Of a stretch of 64,000 nucleotides of DNA, positions 23,694 to 35,200 are shown one piece after another. Origin of the DNA: Podarcis filfolensis (taxonomy: Eukaryota); the NCBI GenBank assembly GCA_964270895.1, contig OZ185448.1. One strand, given 5' to 3'. Under the pieces are notes generated by a model that searched no databases, had not been told where the DNA came from, and saw only the letters and a list, made by a program, of their open reading frames with translations. The first letter of the stretch is position 1. Each line of letters opens with the position of its first letter. Both the position numbers and the translations under genes were made by a program.

Positions 23694-26663
23694 GACGAGG
23701 GCTTGGGGGTGGGAGAGAGCCCGGCTGCGGGGCCGCTGCTCCCCCACCCCACCCCACCCGCCGGTCCGCCCCCAGGCCAGGCCGAGCGAGGCGGCCCCCG
23801 GGGGGGGGGAGGCGTGGGAACGAGGAGGATCACGTTACAGGGGGGCGGCCCCCTTAAAGAGACCCGCAGCCCCCCACCACCAGCCCCACCCCGGGGGCGG
23901 GCGGCGCGCTTTAATCGGCCGCCTCGTCTGCTAACAGGGTTTGCAGCAACTTTCGACTCCGGAAGATGGGGGCGCCCGTTGCTGATGGGCCAGACGAGCA
24001 GAGACCACGAGGGTGGGCGAACTTGCTGATCTGGGGGCGCCGTCCGTAGCTGCTTCCGCCGGCAAGGAAGGATCAGGGAAGGCGGGCGGGGAGAGAGAGA
24101 AAAGCTGGTTGAGTGCTCCTAGGAAGGAATGGGTATTTTTGGGGTGGGGTGGGGTGGAGCAAAGCAGCCGTTTCTCAAACAGCAAAAGGGGAATAGGAAG
24201 TTGTTTTATGAAGCCGGCTCAGACCATTTGACCATCTACTAATCGGGTACTTTGTTCTCGCTAAAGTACTAAGTGGGTACTGTACTTTAACGGGGGTTAT
24301 TAAAATACTTCCACATTAGCTGCAACACGCATCAACTCAATAAATCCCAGCGACTAAACTGCCGAACCTAGGCAATAAAAATATGTCCCAGAGGCCAGCA
24401 CACCTCACTGAAACAACTGGATGCACCTTGCCTGCCCCATCCCCCCCTTCGTTCCCCAGGATTAGATTGTAAGCTCCTAGCAGCAGGGACTGATGCTCTA
24501 TTTTGTAAAGCGCACTCTAACGCCAGCCTCCAGCTATTTGGCACCCACGCAAGTGTTTCTTGCTGCAGCTCCCACGCTGGCTGTGGCTGATGGGATTTCT
24601 AGTCCAGAGGGCACCCGGTTGACAAAGGCTGATATGAAAACAAACAGCAACAAGAAGTTACTAAAGGGATGAAGCGATGGGCTATGGGACTTGCCCTCTC
24701 ACACAGTTGAAACGTTCTTAGTTTATTGGATGGGTTCCTGTAGCAAATAATTAACATTGGTCTTCATAACACTAAGATATACTGCTCCAATTTAAGTACA
24801 TGCTTGGAGTATTAGAACAGTAGTTCACAGGCTTTCCCTGTGGAGCACTTGAACATTGATGAGGGACTTGAAGGACCAATTGATTTTTGTGCAAGTTGTG
24901 GCCTCAAAAATCTGTGTGGCCAATTGCTACTTTCAGTGAAGATTTTTATATGTATAAAAAAAAACCCTCTGCCTTTAGGAGTGTCTCCCTCATCCTGAGA
25001 GCGGATCGTCATCCAGCGATGAACAGGGAGGGAGTCTGGATTCATGGGTGCTGTTGGCGATCTTGCAGATAATATACAGAACATCTAATTAGAGGAGATC
25101 AAGAGGAAACACGAGGCCCGTTTGGAGAGGGGCCACCCTCCCTTCTGTCAGTACAGCTGCAGCCAAATACTCGCAACTTGTGGAAAAATAGGAGAATTTA
25201 GAGACTTTAGAGAAATTTTGCCCTTTAAGCTGAGGTTGTGTCCAAGAACAAGCTATTTTCCCTTGACAAAACAAACCATTATGTAGCTGGCATCACTGGC
25301 CTTCCCAGGTGCTTTCTTCATTAGCTTTCCATCCTTTTAAGTGGTGAAAGGTGCTGCCTGATCACAACATTCAGTCCTATATTTCTCCCTGGACTTGAAC
25401 CAAATTGGCTGAAATACTTCCCTAAAACACAGAGAGGCAACTACCAGCCCCTGGGCCAAGTGAGGCCCTGCAGGGGTTGTCAGACGCTGCTCCAGCCACC
25501 AGCCAGATGGAGAATCTGTGCAGAAGAAGTCATGTGGATGCCAACCATGTATTAAAGTCGCAAGTACTTTTTTCCATAAGCAGGAGCTATGTTGTCTAGG
25601 ACCATCTTCATACTTGTCCCCATCCCACCCCTGTTGTTCCAACAACCCTGAACTGGCTCCAATTCAGAAGACAAACAGTGCTGTTCTACCTGCTGGAAGT
25701 TCATAGCTCCCAGAACAGTGACCCAAGAAAAATATTGGCAGAAACATCAAGGACAGAGGGTTGTTTTTCCCTTACCCCACCTGCTCTCTGCACAACTGAA
25801 CGAATCCTGCTTAGTTCTCTTCTCCTGGTTCCCAATCCTAACCTCCGATTCTGCAGGTGTTGTGCTACCTGGATCCATCAACCTTTAAAATGTCATGGAC
25901 AGGTTTAGACTGGGCACCAAGAAGGAGCCATGTGATGAGCACTAGGGCACCAGTAGGTTGTATAGAGGGGCATTGGAACCTTCAATACTACGAGCTTTTG
26001 AGAGCAAACTAGACATGCATTTGGTTCAACTAAATGCAGGTGGACTCAGTGTCCAAGGCAGATAACCACTCTTGATTTTTAAAGCTCCTGAGTTTTGCCC
26101 CCCTTCCTGCCAAAAAAAAAACCAGTTCAGCTTTTCTCTTCCAACTCTACCAATATTCACTCATCTGACCACATATGGTCACATTTCACGGGAACAACCC
26201 TGACTCCCTTGCTACTCCTCATGCCTGGAACTCTTCACCCCAAAAGGTCCACAACACAGCCTCCCCTTTCAGATCCCTCCTTAAAAGTCCACCTCGCCCA
26301 TGAACCCTTTGATTTGAATCCACAACGTTCTGTCCCAAAAGACCTGGCTAGCATCAACTGAACTGCAATGGCTTTTGGAAACCAACCTGCCAACTCTTGT
26401 GCCTCATGTGCAAACATCCAAACGGCATTCATGAAGAGGAGCTGTGGTGGGGTTGCTCACTTCTGAGGAGCCTCAAGCACTGAAATTCCCAGTTTATGGA
26501 AAAGAAGCCAGTGCACTTGCCTGCTTGAAGGCTATCGGGCCATGGCTATCGTTTGAAAGCATATGATGTAGCAACTGCGCTGGAAGCTAAATGAGTCTTA
26601 GGGTTTGGTCAGTTCCTAGTCAGATGACTGCCTGAGCACCATGATGGAAGAAAGACTATTGTT

Positions 26664-26819
26664 GCAGACCATCTGCTTTGAATGCAGAAGGTCCCAGGTT
26701 CAAGATCCTCAGCATCTCCAGGTAGGGCTACCTATCTGAAACCCTGGAGAGCAGATGCCCATCAGTGTAGGCACTACTGAGCTAGGTGGACCAATGAACC
26801 AGAGCTTCCTACGTTCCTA
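26664..26819 (+). mobile_element. Old tRNA-headed SINE
   Basis: atctgctttgaatgcagaaggtcccaggttcaa head and cttcctacgttcct tail. Confidence 0.6.
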
Positions 26820-27850
26820 AAATCAGGCAAGCTTCACATTGGAAGAGTACATGCTCTGGGGAAATGGGACAACCAGTTGTTCTTAGCAGCAAGATTTGAG
26901 CATCTTCCAAAACTATGACCGTTGACCCATCGATCTGGACAGAGAAAACATGCACTTTCACTCTGGGTAAACAGAATTGTGACCGATGCTTTCACAAGGA
27001 TGCTGACCCCTGGAGCCGGCCAGGGACAGGCGGAGTGTCACTGTGGCCGAAATCAAACAAGACAAAAAATTAGCAGGCAGAATTTGTAATGTGTCATCAT
27101 CCAGCTCCCAGCCACGGCTCCTCCCTCTGACGATAGTCGCCATAGTGGATTTTGAAGAACCATTCTGGCCAGGGGTGGTGGTGGAAGCAGAAGATCCAGC
27201 CTCCTCTAAACAGCGCCTTCTGTTTTAATGCAATGTTTTAATTGATGCTTCTCTCACGCAAGCCTCTTTTGGGAGTGCTAGCCTCAAAAGCAGTACAGAA
27301 ACACCTTGAATGAAATGAAGACCCAGCAAGCCACAAAGTACAATGGGCAAGGAAAGACTGGGATATCTGAAGAGGTTCCAGGTATCTCTACACAGTTCAC
27401 CCTCTTGAAAACAAGGTCAACAGGCAAGAGTGCAAGTGTCCACAAGTTCATGCCATTCTGCTGGCGAATCTGCTCAGACCATGTGCCTGCAATTCGGTGA
27501 AGCACAACAGCAGGCTCTCATACAGTTATTGATATGTTTTTCTAAAGATTAAAGGGCCAGCATAATGCAAGAATTAAAATGTGGGAGTGGGACTAGGTGC
27601 TAGGTTAAGGTGCACACAAAAGCTAGAGTTCACTAGGGCCCACCTGAGGTCAGTCACTCGCCTAACTTACCTCAAAAGGTTGTTGTGAATAATAAAGTAG
27701 CCCATGTAATGCCATCATGAGTCCCTTGGAAAAGCAGGCTCTGAGCAGATATGAAAAACCCTATAGAAGCATCATTAACTATCACTGAAAGTCACGTAGC
27801 AACCCATAGAAATCACTCTTCAGGAATGTGCACAGAACCACCTGCACAAG

Positions 27851-28434
27851 CTGAACATGAGTCAAGTGGGTGATGCAGCAGCAAAAAAAAAAGCTAATGC
27901 TACTCTAGGCAACAGAAGTATAGGGTCCAGATTAAGGGAAGTAATAGTCCTACTCTGTTCTGGCTTGGTCAGACCACACCTGGAATGCTTGTCCAGTTCT
28001 GGGCGCCACAATTTAAAAAGGATGTTGACAAGCTGTGTAGAGGGGGGCAACCAAGATGATCTGGAAACCAAGGAACAGTTGAGGGAATTGGGTATGTTAA
28101 GCCAAGCAAAGAGGAGACTGAGAGGAGATATGATAGCCATCTTCAAATATCCAAAGGGCTGTCACATGGAAGATGGAGCAAGCTTGTTTTCTCCTGTTCT
28201 GGAGGGTAGGACTCGAACCAATGGCTTCAAGTTAGAAGAAAGGAGATTCTGACTCAACATCAGGAAGAACTTTCTAACAGTAGGAGCTGTTTGACAGTGG
28301 GATGGACTCCCTTGGGAGGCTGTAAGCAGGGCTGGGTGGCCATCTGTCAGGGATGCTCTAGCAGAGACACCTGCATTGCAGGGGGTTGGACTAGATGACC
28401 ACTGGAGATCCCTTCCAGTTCTACGGTTCTATGA
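27851..28434 (+). mobile_element. CR1 LINE 3' fragment with indels
   Basis: DAAAKKKANATLG..RLREVIVLLCSGLVRPHLE..LRELGML...[13 protein letters not shown] peptide, with CR1 tail to 28434. Confidence 0.9.
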
Positions 28435-28540
28435 ATTAGTCTGAAGCCCGGAGTTTATGCCCTCCCCAAGACTTCCCGAAAGGCCTTGAAGGTACCTAAA
28501 TTGATCTCAAGCCCGTCTAAAACAACAAAGTAAGCACTTT

Positions 28541-28546
28541 TTTATT
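28541..28546 (-). terminator. XPO6 polyadenylation signal AATAAA
   Basis: Plus-strand tttatt about 600 nt after the stop; on the minus strand it is followed by a U/GU-rich tract (cttactttgttgtttt). Confidence 0.7.
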
Positions 28547-28622
28547 TCCATTAAGCACATTTTAGTATCACAATGGAATGAGAAAAAAACTTTTCTTTAA
28601 AAAAACCCCATGAAAACAGAGC

Positions 28623-28651
28623 TCTGTCTGTCTGTCTGTCTGTCCGTCTGT
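28623..28651. repeat. (TCTG)n microsatellite in XPO6 3' UTR
   Basis: tctgtctgtctgtctgtctgtccgtctgtc. Confidence 0.85.
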
Positions 28652-29141
28652 CTCCCCACCGATGGCAGGGGAGGCTTCAAGGCAATTAAAAACAAAAAGT
28701 TGATGGGATGTTCCCCTCCCCAACAGCCAGGTGCAGGAGGGGAGGGAGGCAGGTGGAATGATGTGAAGGTGGGAACATCTGAAGTAGTCTTTGGCGTTTC
28801 TGCCTCATGATTGATGCACAAGACCAGTCACCGGAACCTGCAAATCTGCAAATGCCACAGTATTAAGACAAAAACATCCAGCTATAGAGGAACGGCCTGC
28901 AGGTGGGCCTCGAGACACCCTGTAGGACACAGAGCTGCCACAGCTCAGCTGCGAGGAGGAGCTGGAAGGGGAATGGACAAGGGTGGGGGCACAGCGTGCA
29001 GCTCTCCCAGGCACGGGGGCCCACGGGGGAGGTGCTTCTGTATCCAGCCGGCCTGGTGAGATCGCGGAGCAGAGGCAGCGGCAACACGAGGAGCACAGGT
29101 CCGCTCACGACAGGGATTCGAACCAGAGTCGGTGCCGAGAA

Positions 29142-29243
29142 CTATAGCTTCACGGTCCCAGGGGGCAAACTGTCGTTGCAGAGTCTGTAGTAGCGCAGGT
29201 CGTTGACCAGCCTGTGCACGTTCTGCGTAAATGAGGGCAGGTC
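29142..29243 (-). CDS. XPO6: XPO6 exon 24 coding part
   Basis: DLPSFTQNVHRLVNDLRYYRLCNDSLPPGTVKL-TAG; 102 nt. Confidence 0.95.
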   Translation of the reverse strand, partial: DLPSFTQNVHRLVNDLRYYRLCNDSLPPGTVKL

Positions 29244-32200
29244 CTGGAAAAGGGGTGGTGGGGAGACATGGGAGAGAAGAGATAGCCAACGGTTAGGACA
29301 ACAACAACAACAACAACAACAACAAGATTAACCAATCCTTCCAGTTCTTTGCCCCAAAGGAGTGTTGACACTAGGGTATGCAATGGCACCGACCTTGCCC
29401 AAACACTTCCAAATATCTCCTGGCTCTGTTTTCAACAATCTGGGGCCATTTTATTCAGCTAATTTCAACTAGGTTGTGTGGGTGTGAGATGGCCTGAAAT
29501 GTCACCATTAAGTCTTATGAAGGAAGAGCCAAGTTTTTAAGGGAAATAGAAACCTTTGTAGTGAGCAGCCCCGGAACAAAAGCAATGTCACCCCCCAGAA
29601 GCTGCCTTATATCCACAGTCAGGCTGTTGACCCATTTTGCTCAGTACTGTCTGCACTGGCTGGCAGCAGCTTTCCAGGGTTTCAGGCAGGAGAAACTCTC
29701 TGCATGAAGCCACGAGAAGGTGCAGTCTGATGGGACACACAGTCCCGAACCAGCCATTACTCTGAGAGCTTCCCTTCCTCTTTCAGACCTCTTTAAATGT
29801 GTAGTGCAAATGGGACCTATCACCTTAAATAATCATGGCTTCCCCCAAAGGACCCTGGGAACTGTGGCTTGTTAAGGTAGGCTATGGTAAGAAGATGATG
29901 CTGAGCTAGATGCTGAACCACTTTGGTCTGATTCAGTTTCACGGTCCTTCTTATGTTCTCATTCAATAATAAAACATTATAGTTCAAGGAAGTTCTATTT
30001 GGGACACGGGTGTGTGTGTTGTCAGTCTGTCCGTACAGAACAACCCCACCTGAAAGCTCCAAGCCAGCCTCACCCTGTCCATTTTGAAGTTCCTTCCAAG
30101 CACGTTTTTCTGGTTGTTGTCCACACCATCGCAGCTGGCCAAGAACCCCGGGAGAAAGGCCGAGTAGAAGCTATCAAAGTCCACGGAGGCCATGTTGTAG
30201 ATGGCTATGCCAATTTCCTCTTGCAAGAGGTCGTGTGATTTATGGACCAGTACCTGAAGCAGGACATTCACAAACTGGAAAAGCATGGCTGTCCGGAAGA
30301 TCTTCTGTGGGGAAAGAGAACAAGGGTGTTCAGCAAGCTCCTGAGGTGCTCAGAAAAACAGCAGCTCTGGGGGATCAGTGAAGCTGCGAGGTGCTCTGCA
30401 AAGGACCATCTGATAGGCCTTGTTTCAGTGGCTCATGGCAGCTGAATTATGCCACAACTCCAGGGTCCAGTGCAGGGTTCATTCACCTCCATGGATGCAG
30501 AGGTAAGTGAAAACCCCAGGCAACTTGGCATTCACCACTCCACCAGCTGAACACACCTGCCCTAGCAAGCTTGCACAACATTTAAAACGTTTAGCTCTTG
30601 TGATAATGTGGCACTCACAATGAAAATGTGGGTAAAATCTGCTATGATTAAACAATGACAAAGAGTCCTGTCACAATGCCTACGTGTATCTAGGGGCCCA
30701 GTTTTCCTGGGTCTCTGACATGCTCATTCAATGTACCTGATCCTCTGCAAGCCACCCGCCACTGGGCATTTTGGGCAGTGGTTTTGGGAGCAGCGTATTC
30801 AACACAGGCATTAGAAAAAAGCTCTTGCCGTTTCCCTCTCCAAGTTGAAGGAGAATTAGTTTCCTTGTTCTGCCTGAGCGAAATTCTTGTTCCTCTCTGC
30901 ACTGGCCAATTTAATTTATGACACAAGCCAGGCCTATGCTCTTCCAACACGTAAGCAACAGCAACTCCAGCGAGGAGAGCACCCGAGTGTATGGACCACT
31001 AGGGGGCAATAAAGCAGGAAGAACCAGAATTGCTAGCCTTCTGAACTGTCCCTCTTCTGCCAGAGCTTTGTGTAAGCAAGATACAGAATGTACTGTTGCA
31101 TACATTGGAAAGCAGGGAGCTTACCTTGTGATACAGCTTCTGCTTTGTGTTCAGAGTCTCCAAATAGAACAAGTTCTGTTTAAAAAGGTGTATGTCAGGC
31201 TGCAGGAAGGATTGGCCAAATGCCTATGGAACAGGGAAAAAAGCCTATCAGGACAATAGACATTGAAGGCGGTTACCAAAAACTAGAAGCTCTTTGAATA
31301 GCCGTTGGACCAGTGACAAGGAACCTGATATTGTCTACCCTCCATCATCCCTGCCCATTGGCCACACTGGTTGCGGCTGATGAGAGGAAGAGTCTTAGTT
31401 CGACCACATCTGGACGGCTCCAGACTGGCTACCTCTATACTGGACAGCGATGTGTCAGGGATGTTTTCTTGTTGTAAAATCTCACCTCCTTGAGACTGTC
31501 TCGCATCAAGTTACGAGATGAAGCAGGAATGGTTGGGATTCAGTGGCCCTCCTCCAAACACAGACTGAGGCTTTGAAGGAAACAGGGCCAGGCAAGGAGC
31601 TTTTCCTACTTCTCAGGGAGTTAAAGAAGAATTTGAGAATGGCCGAATAGACTAGAGACTGGACTTTGACCATGACGGCAGCAGCAAGCAGACAACTCCC
31701 CAGCAGGATGCAGACATCCTGGGCCATGCAGAACATTCAGAGAGCACTAAGCACAAGCGCCTCTCCCAAAGAGCATGAGCCAACTGGAAGGCCAACAGCC
31801 AGAAGCACTTGGCTAGAATCAGCCACTACTGAGCTGTCAGCTCTTTAGCAATCTTCTGCTTACAAATTACCAGTGTTCAGCACTTGGAATGAGAAGGGAA
31901 CCTGAGCAGGAGTTGCCTGGAATGGCCCCAAACAACTAACAGGCTCTCAGTAGACAACAGGATTAGGAACAAGTGTGGGTACAGAAGGAACAGCAGTGTA
32001 TGGAGAAGAAACTTCTCCAGTGGGTTCAGTGAGTAACTCCAGGGTTCAGGTGAGGCCTCCACAATAGCTACTTGGTAAAGCAGATGCTAGAGATTTGCGT
32101 GAACATCCAGACCAAGGAGTTAACTCGCTTTTCTTAAAATAACACAGGCCGTTCCCATCACATCGCCATCCTCCACACCTCTATGAAGTCGCAAAGTTAA

Positions 32201-35200
32201 AATATGCAGTTGCACTAAGCACTGCCTCTTTTGAAAAAGGTCTTGAGCCTTCAAAGTGTACAAGGAACACAATGCAAATCAAGTAGGTCCTTCCCTTAAT
32301 GTGTCAGGGCAGCATTTGGACTCATGGGAAAGCCAGGGACTGTTGCGTTCTTGCAGCCGGTAAGCCGTTTTAACTATTTTGCTGTATTGGAACAGAGCCC
32401 CATTTCGCAGTGTTACCCGTTTCCTACAGTTGCCAGCCAGAGGCACCTGGGACCTCACAAGCAAGGAAGCGACAACACCAGCTGACCCCCGTCCAGGTAC
32501 CTGCATAATGGCGCTGAACTGTGCTTCGTTCTCCATCTGCTCGTCAGCTACGCCTCTCTGGACACTCGCCAGAATGCTGGACTTGAAAAAGTACCGCCAG
32601 TTGTGATGAAGGACCCGGAAAAGCAGCTCAAACAGTTCAGCTTTCACATCGGGAGAGGATCGCTTGGGGACAAAGGGAAAGCACGCAGGAAGTCACCACA
32701 CGCCCATCGCCAGAACGGCTCTCATTACCAGCACAGCCCAAGGCGGATGGTCAGAGAGGGAGGTGTTTGCTATGCAGCAGAAGAAGGCAGCAGTCATGGG
32801 TTAGTGCTGCAGTTGCACACCCTTTAAGCACTGGCCCTCTCGAAAATAAAATTTTAAAGAAAGTAAGATGACCATCTGATTTTCAATCCATATTCCACCC
32901 AATGAAAGTTTAATGGCAGCTTATTTCCATGCAATATTCAGTCCTCTTCTTTCCACAGGGAAGCAAAATAATAAACAGTGCCATTGCTTTCCTGACAATT
33001 TTAATTCCCGCGGATAGTTTGGCTGCTGCCTACCTCCTCCCTGCCATTGGTCTCACCATGTGTGAACAAAGCACCCGAAGACAGATCACTTGGCAGTGTC
33101 TGAAAAATGGATCCTTTTTAAAGGAGTCTATTTGTGCATCTGACTGCAAACCACCAAGTGGTGTACATCTGTTACAGAGAAGCCCTAAGGGCTTCTCAGG
33201 GGCATGGCTCCACTGCTGTCCCGTGACTCAGACCCTGCAAGAGCTTCTGCCTTGCCCCATCCCCTTCTGTCTCTCGCCCAGCCCCAGGATGGCCCTACCT
33301 CCGCAACGATTGGGTAGACTTGCTCCATGCAGAGTGAGATGATGTTGGGTAAGAAAGGCTTGAAGACTTGGCCTGGCTCTTGCACCACCACCTGAAGGAT
33401 CCTCAGAAATTTCTCTACCACTCGGCACCCGGTGCTCCCGTCATGGAGGATGCTCTCGGCCAGCTGCTCTCTAAGGGCACAACACAAAAAACAATTAAGC
33501 TTTCAGGAAGACTTGGGTCTAGCTGTAGAGCATTTGTTTACAGGCAGTAAATGCACAGAGACTTCCCTGTCCCCTCTGAAATCTGAGCTACATACCAGTC
33601 TCAAAAGCGAGCTCCATCCTATTATTACATATTCATGTTCTGTGTCAAAGAAACAGCAGCAAAAGATTAGCGACAGAAAGTTGAGCGGCTTACCTGGTGA
33701 ACATGTTGAGGAACGTCTGTATGACCTGCTCGGTGAAAGGCACACCCATCTGCACCCTCAGCCCTTGAAAGAGGGTGAGGAAGAAGCTCAGCATTTCATC
33801 TGTCACATCTGGAAATGGGAAGGCGGAGGAGCCAAAAAGGAAAGCGTTAACAAAAAAAAGCATTGTTTTGTCATGTGACTGTTCTTGGGCAGGAGCCACC
33901 TTTGCTATTTGACACTGGACTGGCAAAGTGAATCCTCCCCTGGCACCTACTGCACAGCTAATGCCAAAGGCTTGACATCTTAGCCCTCAACCAGCAGGTT
34001 CGAGAAATGGACAGCTAAGCAGCTGGTGACAAGGCTCTGAGTGTTATCAGTGTAATAGCATGTACAGTGGTACCTCGGGTTAAGTACTTAATTCGTTCCA
34101 GAGGTCCGTACTTAACCTGAAACTGTTCTTAACCTGAAGCACTTTAGCTAATGGGGCCTCCTGCTGCTGCTGACGTGCCGCCGGAGCACGATTTCTGTTC
34201 TCATCCTGAAGCAAAGTTCTTAACCTGAAGCACTATTTCTGGGTTAGCGGAGTCTGTAACCTGAAGCGTATGTAACCCAAGGTACCACTGTACAGCCCCA
34301 CAGTCAATGGCAAGGCACTGGATTAGTGCACAGAATGGTTTAGATTGAACTCTAGTGGCTGACTGCGGAAATGCAGGACTGTAAAAAAAAAAAAAAATCT
34401 CTGACACCTGACCCTAAACTCTGTTAGAGGGTGGCCTATATACATATAGAAAATAAAAAACCAATAAAATAAAATAAATACTTGAAATGAACAGTAACCT
34501 CTAGCGAACAACCATACTTAGTGTTACAGTTGTGCACCTACTCAAAAAGAAGTCATGCTGAACTCAGGGAGGGCTCACACCCATTACTCACTTTGACATT
34601 TACAGTCAATTTTTTGTCATGTTTACAGGTATTTGTGATTTTAGATGCTCTGCTCCTCTTGCGGGCTCACACCCTTGCTCTAGGTTGATTTTTAGCACCA
34701 ATGTTGGACCACAGTTTAGGGTTGGATGTGAGGTTTTGTGTGACAGCAATTAACTTGCTCAGCCACTATGAAACATTTTATACACTTTTTAGTTTTTGTA
34801 CCATTTGGTATAGTACTGCCATGCAGTGGCTGCTGCTTAGCTTGGTGCTGATATATGATTGCATTGGAATGTTTATTTGTCATTAATTGATCCGTTTTAA
34901 CAATCAATAGCTTGTTTTATTATCATTTTTAAATATTATAACATTCAGATAAATCAAGCTATTTATTTGATGGTTATGTTATGTTTGAAGTGATTGAATT
35001 TTTATTTGCTATTGTAATGAAACGTTGCATTTGTATCTTTGTTACGCTGTGAGCTGCTTTCAGCAAATTTATATGGAAAAGCAACATACAATTTTAAACA
35101 AATAAACAAATTATAAGTGGGCTGTGGGTCGTAATCTAGAGTTGTATCCTTGGGTTGCAATTCAACATGTTTTCTGTAGGTACTCAAGAAGAGGGCATGT

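Larger units (their letters stand above)
23240..24090. promoter_or_regulatory. CpG island / NME4 promoter
   Basis: The only long, very GC- and CpG-dense block in the window; spans NME4 exon 1 and its upstream region, with GGGCGG boxes near 23841 and 23893. Confidence 0.9.

Noticed and set aside
23110-24029. Long overlapping ORFs of 107-197 aa on both strands
   Set aside because: They lie in the GC-rich CpG island, where stop codons are scarce. The peptides are low-complexity (P/R/G/A) and the real coding content is NME4 exon 1 in another frame.
29113-29124. Perfect B-box (GGTTCGAATCCC, minus strand) just after the XPO6 stop
   Set aside because: No A-box, cloverleaf or T-stem pairing nearby; an isolated motif cannot be supported as a Pol III gene or TFIIIC site.
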